NCBI GenBank assembly: GCA_918797485.1
Contig: CAKKNE010000002.1
Span: 4,526,001-4,590,000 of the forward strand
Source: Pelagomonas calceolata
Lineage: Eukaryota
Reading direction: 5' to 3'
Length of the DNA stretch: 64,000 bases
The notes under the pieces are model-generated. The model saw only the letters and a list, made by a program, of their open reading frames with translations, was not told the origin of the DNA and searched no databases. Positions 51,075 to 62,021 of the stretch are shown piece by piece (positions within the stretch are counted from its first letter, which is position 1; each line of letters starts with the position of its first letter). Position numbers and translations under genes: made by a program.

Positions 51075-51302
51075 ATGGATTCGACGGCCAGCTCCGAACC
51101 GCTGACGCCGCGCTCCACCGGTGCGCCGGCTATGATTGAAAGGCGCAGCAGCTTCGTGCTCGAGGGCGCGTCGACGAAGTTGGTAGACGATCTCGCCAAG
51201 GCGGCGGCTTCTGCTCGGGCCGACGCTATCCTGGGTCGTGCCGAATTCGTGCGCCGCTCCTCCTCCATCGGCGAAGAAGCCGAAGTCGCCGCGGCGGCCT
51301 GA
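51075..51302 (+). CDS. Possible 75-aa small protein
   Basis: GCCATGG start context, coding-like composition, AT-rich sequence after the stop; two RRSS motifs. Confidence 0.4.
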   Translation: MDSTASSEPLTPRSTGAPAMIERRSSFVLEGASTKLVDDLAKAAASARADAILGRAEFVRRSSSIGEEAEVAAAA

Positions 51303-51637
51303 ACAAAGACGTGTACCTAAGTTATTTATGTGAAACTGCGTTTCCGTGTTCCGAGCTCGACGCGCGCCAGTCCGAAGGTCAAACGGGCAACATGACGAAG
51401 GCATCCGTCCTGAGACCACTGCGAGGTGCCCGGGATGGGTGAATGGCTCCCGCACCAGGGACCAATAGGATCAGAGCGCCGCAGCAGGACAGCTCCGCAG
51501 TCCATTCCAGCACGCCGCGGGAAGCGCCGCGCCGCGCCAAATCAGCTTGGTTCAAGCGCTGTGTAACTGCTAAATCGCTGTAGAGCGCAGCAGGTTAAGC
51601 GCCGCACCGCCGCGCAAATATCGGCGCATAACTGAAT

Positions 51638-54600
51638 ATGGCTGAAGTCTTTGACGTCGATGCGCCGGCGCCGCAGCCGCCGCAGAAGAAGCGCTCACAC
51701 GACGTCATCGACCTCCTCGAAGACGACGACGTGGTGATAGTAGCGCCGCCCAAGAAACCGCGGCCGGAGGTCGTCGACGTCGACGCGATCGACAGCGACG
51801 ATGATGCGGACGACAACGGCGAGCGCGGGCTCGGGCCGCCGCGGCCGCGCGTGAAGCCCGAGCCACCGCGAGCGCTCGCCGTCGCCCAGCCCTGCCCGGC
51901 CCAGCGCCCGGTGCCGAAACCGGAGCCGCGCGGCCCGCCCGTGCCCGTCAAGCCTGAGCCGAAGAAGGAGGTCAAGCCCAAGGTCGAGCAGAAGCCCAAG
52001 GTCGAGCTCGACGACGACGGCGACCAGTCGCGCGCGGTGTCCTCTTCGCGTCGATGGCGTTCGTGGCCCATGTTCATTCACCGCGCGCAGGCCCATGTTC
52101 ACGCTAAAGAAGAAGAAGAAGAAGGCGGCCGCACCGTCGCCGGCGCGGCTCTCCGAGGACGGCTCGGACGACGACGAGCCCGCGGAGCCGCCGCCGCCGC
52201 GCAGCGCCTTCCCGCAGTGGCTCAAGGCGCGCGAGGACGCGGGCGACGCGCCCCCGCTCGACCCCGACCAGCGCCGCGCGTGCGACTGCATCGTCGTCCA
52301 GAGCAAGAACACGTTCGTGACCGGAAGCGGCGGCAACGGCAAGTCGCACGTGACGCGAACCATCCTCGACTTCTTCGAGAAACATTACGGAGATCAGCAC
52401 TCGCCTGTGTGGAAATCAAATTTCGGGACGAACCTAACTCACTGATTAATTTCCACGCAGATACTCGCAAAAGGTCGCCGTCTGCGCGCCGACGGGCATC
52501 GCCGCGACGCACGTGAACGGCACGACGATTCACTCGGCACGTTCCGGCGTAACACGTCATCGCGTCGCCGCGACATCGTCGACGCAACGCCACGACGCCG
52601 CGACGCCCTCGCCGCGGCCTGACGTGTCGCTCGACGCAGGCAACGGGCATCGGCGTGCCCAAGTGTCAGGAGGACTTCCGCCGCATGCATCAGGGCTTCC
52701 GCAAGGAGCTCTGGACGAAGCTCGTCGAGGTGCTGATTATTGATGAGATCTCCATGTTGAGCGGCGAGTGGCTAGATAATTTGGAGAGGATGCTGCGGGA
52801 ACTGACGCATTACTACGGCCGCGGCGAGTTCCAGCAGTATTTGAGGATGCCGATGAAGGACATCCCGGCCTTCGGCGGCATCCAGGTCGTCGTCGTCGGC
52901 GACTTCTACCAGCTCCCTCCCATCCCGGCGACGATCCACGGCGAGACCTTCCAGAGATTAGATCATGGGCTATTCCACGCGCAACACATCCCAAAGGACA
53001 GCCACACAAAAAAGATCTACTTCACGAACCGGGGCTACGCCTTCCAGTCGATGGCGTGGCGCGCGGCGGAATTTGTGTACGTGCACCTGCGCACGTGCCA
53101 CCGCATCGGCGCGTCGGAGCGCGAGTTCGTGCAACTCATGGGCCGCATCCGCCGCGGCGAGGCGCGCGACAAGGACTACGATCGACTGAACAAGGTCGGG
53201 GCCAAGACGCACGCGGACGACGCCGAGCCCACGGTGCGTGCGCGGCGTTTTTTTTTCTTCGACCCACGCCATCGCCTCACGAGCTACACACGCAGGAAAT
53301 CTGGCCGACGAACGCCAAGGTCAACGCCGTCAATAGGCAGGGCCTCGAGCGGCTCAAAGATCCGCCGAAGCGGTTCGAGCATGGCACTTGGGTGCGACCG
53401 TTCAAAAATATTCCGCCCTACATCTCCGTCGACGAGGTGACGCACGCTTTGAAGACGTGCGACTTCATCAAGTCCGCGCCGGCGTCGTCGAACGCTCACT
53501 GTTGCCTGTCGCCGAGGAAAACTCACGGTGTCTCACGCAGGTACAACAAGCTTGTGGAGCCTACTGTTGATTTGAAGCCGGGCGCGCGCATTTTACTCCT
53601 CAAAAATATTGATACACGTAATGAAGCGAAAAAGGAACAACCGCTCGTCAACGGCACGACGGGCCGGATCCTGCGCTGGGCGACGGCGGCCGAGGCCGAG
53701 GCGGCGCTCAAGGCCCGCGAGGTCTACCTCGAGGACAAGCTCGAAGCCGCGCGCGAGCAGCGCCTCGCCAAAGGTAAAAGGTCGCACGAGACGTCGCTGG
53801 AGCGCAAATTGTACGAGGAGCTCCAGAAGCTGCGCGAGCACGTGCTGCAACATTGCGGGCACCTGTGTGGAAATCAAAATTTTATGGCGCGTTCGTGCTG
53901 AATCGTCGCGTCGTCCTCCACGCCATCGACGCGACGCCTGCTCGATGGCGTGGCGATGTCGGTCCCTCGCCGCTCGACTGAGCCAGGTCAGCCGCGTCAT
54001 TTCCGAGAAATGACTTGGTGAAGAATTGTCGGGTGCACCCGTCGCACTGGTTGATTTCCACACAGGCGGCCACGACGTCGACAAGCAGGGCCAGACGATC
54101 AAGACGGCCGGCACATTATTGCCGTGGGTGCGGTTCTCCAAAGGTAGGGAAGAAGTCGTGCTGCCGGCGCTCTTCGACGACGAGCTCGTGGGCCAGGGCG
54201 TCGCCTACGTGATGCAGATCCCGCTCAAGCTCGGCTACGCCGTAAAGATCTGTGTGGAAATCAAACAGTGAGTTAGGTTATCGAGCAGACGCAGTTACGA
54301 GGACGACGTCGCGTCGATGGCGTGGGGCGTTCGAAATTTGATTTCCACACAGGTAACCATCCACAAGAGCCAAGGGATGTCCCTCGACGCGGCGACGGTG
54401 TCCTGCTCCGGGTCCTTCGCCGAGGGCCAGGCGTACGTCGCGTTGTCGCGGGTCACGGGCGCGAACGCGCTGGCGCTGGCGCGGCCCGTCCGCGGCGTCG
54501 ACATCAAGACCCCGAAGATGGCGACCGCCTTCTACGAGCTACTGAATTCGCTCGAGGCACAAGCAAAAATCCTCGGCGCGCCGCTCGACCTCGGACCGCT

Positions 54601-54886
54601 CGCGCTGCGCGAGCGCTTCGGCGGTACGGAGCACGACCCGCTCGGCGCCGCGCGCGGCATCGGTCCCGGGCCGCAACTGACGGCCCTCGAGGCGATCGAG
54701 CGCCTCGAGCCGTCGCTCGACATTGAGGAGGAGCAGCCCCACGTCTTACACTGGCAGACGAAGAAGCCGTCCGTCGCGCGCGAGGAGTTCGGCGGCCACG
54801 GCGTCGGGTCGACGACGAAGGGCAAGGGCGGAAAGTGCTTCAAGTGCCAGCAGGTCGGCCACTGGGCGGCGGAGTGCCCGAACTAG
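51638..54886 (+). CDS. PIF1: PIF1-family 5'-3' DNA helicase with SIM-like N-terminus and C-terminal CCHC knuckle; about 7 introns
   Basis: TGSGGNGKS, APTGIAA..GTTIHS, IIDEISM, FGGIQVVVVGDFYQLPP, LVNGTTG, QIPLKLGYA|VTIHKSQGMS, GQAYVALSR, CFKCQQVGHWAAEC; frames join across introns 52027-52090, 52397-52460, 52537-52639, 53234-53295, 53472-53540, 53855-54065 and 54242-54352. Confidence 0.9.
52027..52090 (+). other. Intron (64 nt, GT-AG) with its own inverted ends
   Basis: GTCGCGCGCGGTG...CACCGCGCGCAG; removal joins DQ|PMFTL in frame. Confidence 0.7.
52397..52460 (+). mobile_element. Introner intron (64 nt, GC-AG)
   Basis: CTGTGTGGAAATCAA...TTAATTTCCACGCAG; TSD GCACTCGC / ATACTCGC; restores GDQ|YSQKVAVCAPTG. 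Confidence 0.85.
52537..52639 (+). other. Intron (103 nt, GC-AG)
   Basis: GCACGT...GACGCAG; restores the PIF1 motif TIHS|ATGIG. Confidence 0.75.
53234..53295 (+). other. Intron (62 nt, GT-AG)
   Basis: GTGCGT...ACGCAG; joins EPT|EIWPTN. Confidence 0.8.
53472..53540 (+). other. Probable in-frame intron (69 nt, GT-AG)
   Basis: AA|GTCCGC...CACGCAG|GT; a multiple of 3 with no stop, so not required by the frame. Confidence 0.55.
53855..54065 (+). mobile_element. Introner intron (211 nt, GC-AG)
   Basis: Full TIRs; TSD GCGGGCAC / GCGGCCAC; body is the reverse-complement homologue of 4607-4804. Confidence 0.93.
54242..54352 (+). mobile_element. Introner intron (111 nt, GT-AG)
   Basis: Full TIRs; TSD GTAAAGAT / GTAACCAT; restores LGYA|VTIHKSQG. 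Confidence 0.92.
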
Positions 54887-54935
54887 AGCCGTCCCTCCCC
54901 CCACGTGTGTAAAGAACAAGCAAGTTATATACACA

Positions 54936-56270
54936 TCATGAGGCCTCAGTCCACTGCGCTGAATGGCCCTCCTCCCCGTATGCCGTCGGGAGCTCCGTCG
55001 GCGCTTCGGGCCAGACCATTTCCGCTTGCTGCACTGGCGCCGCCGTCGTGGCAATCACCTCAGCCTCCGGGAGCGGCGGCGCGCTGGGCCACAGGTGTCG
55101 GGTCACGCGACGGTGCATCGGCGTCACGGACGGTACTCGCGCCGGCGCCATCACGGGCGCGTCCGAGGCCACGCGCGCGATCGCCGCCGCGGGCAGGAGC
55201 GGCGGCGCCGAAGGCGTAACCGCTCTCGTCGCCCTCACGGGCGCGACGGGTCGGTCGAGCGCGCGGAGCATCGCGTCCTGCTGCTCGACGGCGACGCGGC
55301 CCGTGACGTTGTTTACGTTCTCCCGGTCCTGGGAGGTGCGACGCCGCTGGTCCACGGCGGCCGCGAGGCGCCGGCGCTCGGCGGCGAGGTCGTCGCTGGC
55401 GACGTAGGTCGACCAGTCGCAGCGCGCCTCGCGGACGCGGGCCCAGCGCGCGCCCAGCCCTCCTATCCCCGTGGCGCCCGGCCGCGCGTCGAGGCCGCAG
55501 AGGCCCCAGCCCTTCGGCGCCGGCGGGTCGAGGCGGATCTTCACGCGCCCCAGCGCCTTGCGGCCGAGCCGCCGCTCCGAGTAGTACGCCGCGCGGTTCT
55601 TATCGATCCGGAGCCGGTGCTTCTTGCCGCTGGATGTCTTGACCTTGAGCCCGACGAGGCGATGCTGCGGCACGGGCCGGATCGCGTCGAAGGCGTAGAC
55701 CCAGTCCTTCTCGAAGACGCAGTCGACATACCTCACGTGCTCCCAGGGTTTCAGCGCCGCCACGTGCCGCGAGACGTCGCCGCAGAGCTCGGCCTCGGGG
55801 AAGCTGTGCTCGACGCGGCCGCAGCCCCAGACGTGCCACACCAGCGACAGCCTGACGACGTGCGTCGCGGAGCACTCCGCGACGACCTCCGCGAGGCGCA
55901 TGCGGTCATCCGTGCCTGGTCCCCATATGCGGACGGGCAGGAGGAGCGCGCCCGGCTTGTTTTTATTCAGAGCCGCGGCGGCGACGGCGTTGATCGTCGA
56001 GACCTCCTTACCGTCAAAACCGCAGGCGCCCATCCGCGACGTCGAGAGCGTGGCGAGGTGGAACGGGCGCCGGACGCCGTTCGCGACGAGCGCGTCGAGC
56101 TGCTCGCGTGGAATCTCGCGCTTGAGCACGCGCTTGAGCCAGTCGTTGAGCGACGGCAGCGGCCCGTAGACGTTCGGCGGCGCAACAGGGCTTATTCTAG
56201 TCGCGATGGGCTCTGCATTTGTGTCCAGGCACGTGTGGTCGTGGTCGCCGTGGAAGACGAAGAGGCCCAT
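54936..56270 (-). CDS. Hypothetical protein with possible SAM-like and jacalin-like segments
   Basis: SLNDWLKRV...LDALVANGV...LATLS (SAM-like); LKPWEHVRYVD...LVGLKVKTSSGK (beta-prism-like); start at ATG 56270 is inferred. Confidence 0.55.
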   Translation of the reverse strand: MGLFVFHGDHDHTCLDTNAEPIATRISPVAPPNVYGPLPSLNDWLKRVLKREIPREQLDALVANGVRRPFHLATLSTSRMGACGFDGKEVSTINAVAAAALNKNKPGALLLPVRIWGPGTDDRMRLAEVVAECSATHVVRLSLVWHVWGCGRVEHSFPEAELCGDVSRHVAALKPWEHVRYVDCVFEKDWVYAFDAIRPVPQHRLVGLKVKTSSGKKHRLRIDKNRAAYYSERRLGRKALGRVKIRLDPPAPKGWGLCGLDARPGATGIGGLGARWARVREARCDWSTYVASDDLAAERRRLAAAVDQRRRTSQDRENVNNVTGRVAVEQQDAMLRALDRPVAPVRATRAVTPSAPPLLPAAAIARVASDAPVMAPARVPSVTPMHRRVTRHLWPSAPPLPEAEVIATTAAPVQQAEMVWPEAPTELPTAYGEEGHSAQWTEAS

Positions 56271-56673
56271 TGGTTTGTGGGGCTGCCCGCGCGGTGGCCC
56301 AGGCACACCGCGACGGCGTCGGGCAGCGTCGACCCTGTGAACACTGGCTGATCCAGGCTCTTTCCAGCCTGGCAGAGTGAGAGCGCTCTGTGCGGGGTGT
56401 TTTGACGAGGACGAGTCCAGTCCTGCACGGCGCCGCCCGGGAGTCGCTGTGACGGGTGCCAGACGAGTCGGGCAGCAGCCTCGTTCGTGCGGGATAGACT
56501 CTCCAGTTTCGAGAGGACACGGAGGGAGAAATAGCCCTGAGCGCAAGGCAACAAGCGCCCCAAGCTCACGCTGTTGCCGGGGCAGCCCTGCCATTGCGCC
56601 GCAGGCAGCCCTTTGAGCGGCGCACCCTCGGGCGCTCGGCACTCACTGATTGGGCAGCCCAGAGAGCTCCAGC

Positions 56674-59600
56674 ATGGCGGCCCAGGACGAGCTCACGCTG
56701 CTGGCCGGCGAGCTCGCAAGGAAAATAGAAGGGACCAAAACCAATAAGGTCTTCGCGCGCGGCGTGCCCGGTATTACGAATGAGACGTTCACGTCCGAGG
56801 CGGCGGTTCGCGCGCTCATGACCTGCGAACGCCTTTTTGAAGTGGACGACGAGGAGAAGTCGCCTCAAAGAAGAAAGCGCGTGTCGCTCTTACCGAATAA
56901 ACTGTTGAGAAGGCATTCGCTGGACTTTAGGAGGGCATTGGACGCGTGGGATCAGCTCGTCGCGCGAGGATACGTCTTGCACGTCGACCCGGGGCATTTA
57001 TCCTTAGATGGAGAAAGGGAACTGAAGAACAAGGACGCCGTGAACAATTCGACGCACTTCAGATTTGAACCGTCTCGCTTCGCGCCGTTCGCGCTGAGGT
57101 GTGCCGTGCTCGCGGTGCGCGGCCTCCCACCCTCAACAACAGCGTCCTGCGTCGTGACCGTCGGTTCCCAGACGTCGGACTTCGTGCCCATCCACGACGA
57201 CGACCATCGCGGCTCGGAAGCGGCGCGCGGGACGCAATACTATCAGAGCGAGCACCCGGCCTTTTCGCACTTCGGGTACGACCCCCACTCTGCACAATCG
57301 GAAATCTTGAGGGTGGGGTTGGAGTGGAGCGGTCGCAACGGCCGATCGGGAAATTGGGCCGTCGGCGAGACTTCCCTCTCGTTACCGGCGGAAGGTGAGC
57401 GGAAGACACCGCGACCGAGCGTGCCGCCGGCCTTCACCGAGGATGAGTCGTTGCACGTGCCTCTCTTGAGCAGGAAGAACGACTTCGAGCAGCGGAGCTT
57501 CGAAGCTATAACTTCGGAGCGATGTACATGGGTACGATGCAACGTCGTCGAGGGGTCGGACAGTACTTCCACTAAAGTCGAGGTGTTAGTTGCCGCGTAC
57601 ACGGAGGCCCAGACGGCTTCTTCATCTAAATCATTGTCGCAAGATTTACAGATCCAGAGCTGGCGCGTGTACGTGCGAGTCGGGCGGTGCGAGGGCTGTA
57701 GATCAGGTGGCCTTTCGAGATTGGGGCAACTGGGCAACAACGTGACGCTGCAAGCTCTATCGAGGGTCGGGACCTCGGAAGCTAGAACTTTACCAATAAA
57801 AAAAGATTTCGAGAGCGAAGGCTGCGACTTCGGGAATCAACGGTTGCGGTGCGTCGCGACGGTGGCTAGAAGGTCTGGAAGTGTCAAGGTGACCCTGAAG
57901 GAATCTGCGGCCTTGGAGCACTGCGCCCTTGGTAGCGTGACGCTACCTTTACGCAAGGTACCCGTGGTCAAGGCGAGCCACTACTCCGACTCCTCGAAAA
58001 GGAAAGAACCGCCTTCCAAGAGGTACGACATCACCTACCGGAGGATGACCGGAAGTGACGTCAAGAACGGCGGCGTCTGGCTGTCGGTCTGGATGACGCC
58101 GCTCTTGCCGCCTTCCACAGTGGCCAAGAGGGTGGTCCGGTGGAACTACTACTTCTTCATGGGCATGAATTTTTTATGTTTTTTATACTTATCAAGGCGC
58201 TTGGCCGGTGGCGTGACGCAGGCGGCGATGATGTGCTCGTTCATACCTCTATGTCGCTTGTTACTAGAGTTGCCGCAACTCCTAGGTAAACTGTTGACCT
58301 GGATCCTGGCTTTAGCTGTGCCCGGCCTGAACATGTCCATGGGCGCCATTCGATTGCTATTGTGGTTTTCCGATACTAAGAGAACACCTACCTCTTCAGC
58401 GCAAGATTTAGCCGCACTCGCGGCCGGCGCGTCGCGTCGATTGTGTCTGAGGATCGAGGTCGACGACTTTGCGATCCGGAACCCGGGCCCTCGCGCGGCG
58501 CACTCGCACGAGAACTTTGTGAGTGCGCAGTCCGTTTCCTTAGTTCTGTCCTTTGATGCTAGATTGCTACACGGCGTCATCGACACGTTGCGACATTGGT
58601 TGCGAAGGACCTGGCGCAAGAAGGAGGACGACCTCCAGCTGAAGTATCGGGAGGTCTTCAAAGAGATCGATACGAACGGTTCTGGTACCATCGACGCCAG
58701 AGAGATGAAAGCTTGTTTAAAAAGATTAGGTTGCAAGTCGACGGAGAAGGAGGTGCAACGGGTCCTGGAAGTAGCCGATGTGGATGATTCCGGTGAGTTA
58801 GATTTCGACGAGTTCCGAAAGGCCATGGTCCATGCCACACAGTCGTGGGCTGGTGTTATAAGGAGGTTCGGGCCCAGACAACCACCAAGTGTCGTGAGAT
58901 GGAACCCTTTTCCTTCGGAACATGCGAAGGACCGGGCGCTGGACGACTTCGAGCCGACTAGAATAGGCAGCATCCGCATGGACGACTTCACGGTGGACGG
59001 CGTGAACATCGCCTTTAATCTAAGTACGACGAACGAATTCAACGTGTGCCACTTCGTGCGCGGGCTGGCGGAAGGCAAGGTGTCGCAAGCCATTGGTAGG
59101 AGGAAGGCGCCCAATACTTTACGAGTTACCGTGGTCTCTTGTACCGGGGTGACGACTGACGTCGCTCCCAAGGTCGTCCTGAAGCTGAGAGACGCGACGT
59201 GGTCTACGTCAGCTCGAGGCTTCGAGGGCAAGAAGCACGTCTGGAACGAGACCTGGACGACGCCGTGTTTCGACCCCTCTGCTGTCTTGCACCTTGGGTT
59301 GGTCAATTCGAGGATCGCCGCGACCTACAAGGACCTGGGCCAGTGGCTGATCACGACGAAGATGATCGTGGTGGCGCCCTACCACGTCTTCGGGTCGAAC
59401 CTGAAATATAAGCGATCCGGGAACGAGTGGCACCTGCGGGGCGACATGATTTTGCGAGGGTCCGATTTCTTAGTTGAGTCAGGAAAAGATCTAACAGTAA
59501 CCTTGGAGCTCTGCTACTACTACGACCCGAGGACCGAAGAGACGGAAGTGAGCTACGGCACGCAGATGAACAAATCTAGGAAGAGTGCCCTCGAGCAACT

Positions 59601-60860
59601 CCAGCAGAATTCGGCCGAGACGACGTGGCGCATGGGCAATCTAAGCGCGTGCGGCCACATGCTCGAGGACTTTCCTCTACTCTTCGACGTGCGGAAGTTC
59701 CAGATCTCGCGCATTAACTTTTATTTGAAGGATCTCTTCGCGGGGACGGCTACTTCTGATATGATCGAGGCGGTTCGGTACGGTGTCGTTTATGCCTTCT
59801 GCTCGATGGCGTGACGTGACGGGGGCTTCGCGCCGACGCCGTCGCTTCGATGGCATCGCTTCGAACCACGCGAGCCCCGCGCCGCCGACGCGTCCGCTCT
59901 CGCGACGGGACGCCGTCGACGCAGGTCCACCTCAAGTCCTTCACGCGCGCCGCGTCGGGCAAGATCGACGACCACGTCTGGATCGAGAAGCTCGACCTAA
60001 GAACGCACCTCCAGGCGCCCCCAAGTGCCCCGGAAGGCATCGACTTGCTCGCCTTGTGCCAGAAGTTACTCACGAATGCGATCCGGCCCGTCCTCAAGGA
60101 AGTCAATATAACAGGTGCATTAGGACATATTGCGGGCGCCTTCTTCTCTTCATCATCATCGAGGGGCCAGTCGACTTTGGATGTGATTCCGACCCCAGAC
60201 GTAGTGGCGCAAGAAACGTTAAAAGGCATGAAGGAGGCCCAGAAGAGCATGAAGCGGGGTGTGGATAATGCGGCCGGCTGCTGTTTACTGGCGAAGGATT
60301 CGTGTCTCCGGAATTGCTTGCACGCGGGCGCGGACAAGTACTGCAACACGGACGACAACACTATTTTATTACGATCATCTATATGCGAGGGTTTGTTGGA
60401 CAAACGGGTCAAAAGGTACCGGGGCGAGTGCTGCGCGTGTGGTGGCTGGTCTCGACCGGTACTGGAACATGTGAGGTTGAAGAAGGGTTATGGGGGTCTC
60501 GTGCTGTACTACACGAAGACGTCGGCGTCGGGCAACAAGGGCGCCACGAAGAAAATAAGACTGCGGAAGGTGCGCTACGACCGCGACTCGCTGTCGTGTT
60601 TGTTGGAGGACGCGCGGGGCCGCAAGCGCAAAGAGGCCATGTTCCGCATGCCCGCTATTTCTGACGTCGCGACGGAGGACAAGCGGCTGCCCCTCAAGGA
60701 GTGGTGGGCGGCGATCGCGCCCGGCGTCGAGCCGAGTCAAAACTGGGTCGAGCTCCGCGTGTCCGCTGCCGATGAAGTCACGGAGTCGTCGGAGGACGAA
60801 TCGGCGCCGTCGTCTCCCGTCGCTAGGAAGAAGTCGGTGCGGTTCGAGGAGGAGTGGTAA
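56674..60860 (+). CDS. Large multidomain protein: DEP-like, C2-like, TM, EF-hand pair, C2-like, possible PH-like; two exons
   Basis: FTSEAAVRAL...QLVARGYVLHV; DTNGSGTIDARE and DVDDSGELDFDE; LRVTVVSC...VWNE C2-like; intron of about 59773-59924 joins ORFs 56650 and 59850. Confidence 0.75.
59773..59924 (+). other. Intron (about 152 nt; donor could be the GC at 59770)
   Basis: Ends GACGCAG|GTC; needed to join the two ORFs in phase 0; contains TGCTCGATGGCGTG shared with the introners. Confidence 0.65.
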
Positions 60861-60978
60861 TTGTGTTCATTAGCTTTTTTCGTTACTCGGAGGGGGTGGA
60901 GGGGAGGGGGGGAGGGGTAGGGAAGGTGTTGCAGCGCTCACGATACCTTGATCATCGTGTACTGCGATCCGTGTCGGC

Positions 60979-61746
60979 TTAGTAGCAGGTGCCGTGGGCG
61001 CCGGTGTCGTAGGACGAGCACCGCGTGCAACCGAAACCACCGGACGTGAGGCAGTCGCTGTCCTTGAAGCAGACTTTGCCGCACGACTGGCCGCCGGGAG
61101 ACGGGGTCGGCGCCGGCGCCGGCTTCGACGGCTTTTGGATGTTCCACTGGGCCGTGCTTGGGAGACCGTACTTAGAGCTGCATTCCGTGCCGCCCTTAAC
61201 CGACGATCCCTCTTGCGTCATGCAAATCGTTTCGCCCTGGAACTTCGACTTGAGAACGATGGCTTGCTCACTGGTCGTCGTCCAAATCGAATTCTTATCC
61301 CCAGATTTGCATTTATAAAGACCGATGGAATCGCCGGCTCTGAACGACCCCCCACCTAACGCATCGACGCAAAACTCCTCGCCTTTGTAATTAGTGAAGC
61401 GGATCTGCCCCTTGTGCTCGTTGTAATGGAAGAGCTGAGACTGCTTACCGTTGCACGGCTTAACGCCAATCTTCCCGTTCTTGTAGGGGGCTAAAACTTC
61501 CATGCATTTTGTGTTTGTGCGCGCGTCCGCGATCTGCACGAGGTCGCCGGACGACGACGAGTGGAAGTCCGCGCCGCGAATACTGGGCGTCGTCGACACG
61601 GCCGTCGCGGCCAGCGCGCCGAGCACGAATGCCGCGATGGCGGCGCCGCCGATGAGCGTCTTGGCGTTGACCTTAATGTCGCGGCTCAGGAGCGGCTTAT
61701 CGGCCTCGACGTCGGCGGAGACGGGGAGAGTATTGTAGGTGGCCAT
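60979..61746 (-). CDS. Membrane-anchored ricin-B-like lectin with Cys-rich C-terminal mini-domain
   Basis: N-terminal TM; KCMEV...PC...QSQLF, FCVDA...LYKC...NSIW, ICMT...AQW beta-trefoil pattern; CGKVCFKDSDC...CTRC...C tail. Confidence 0.75.
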   Translation of the reverse strand: MATYNTLPVSADVEADKPLLSRDIKVNAKTLIGGAAIAAFVLGALAATAVSTTPSIRGADFHSSSSGDLVQIADARTNTKCMEVLAPYKNGKIGVKPCNGKQSQLFHYNEHKGQIRFTNYKGEEFCVDALGGGSFRAGDSIGLYKCKSGDKNSIWTTTSEQAIVLKSKFQGETICMTQEGSSVKGGTECSSKYGLPSTAQWNIQKPSKPAPAPTPSPGGQSCGKVCFKDSDCLTSGGFGCTRCSSYDTGAHGTCY

Positions 61747-62021
61747 TTTGAATTGTCTTGCGGTTGTTTTGGAAAGTCTCGCGAGCTGTGCACTCTGAGA
61801 CTTGGGCGTTTTAGTTGGTGTCGATTGCGCTGGCAAGTGCGCTCTCTGCTCCGAGGGGGCGCTCTCTCCGCGTTCCTCATCGGCGAGCGTCGTCAAAAAC
61901 GTAGAGAACCCCCAGAGGCGCCCCAGGATACGTCCCTGGTGCAGGTTCCACCGTGAAGCCAGCCTTTGCAGGTGGCCGCGCCGCGCGCCGGGACCGCGTC
62001 CAACAACACCACATTACTCAC

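Noticed and set aside
51638..54886. PIF1 as a frameshifted pseudogene or Helitron helicase
   Set aside because: Every frame break is explained by a GT/GC-AG intron; no HUH Rep domain or Helitron ends seen
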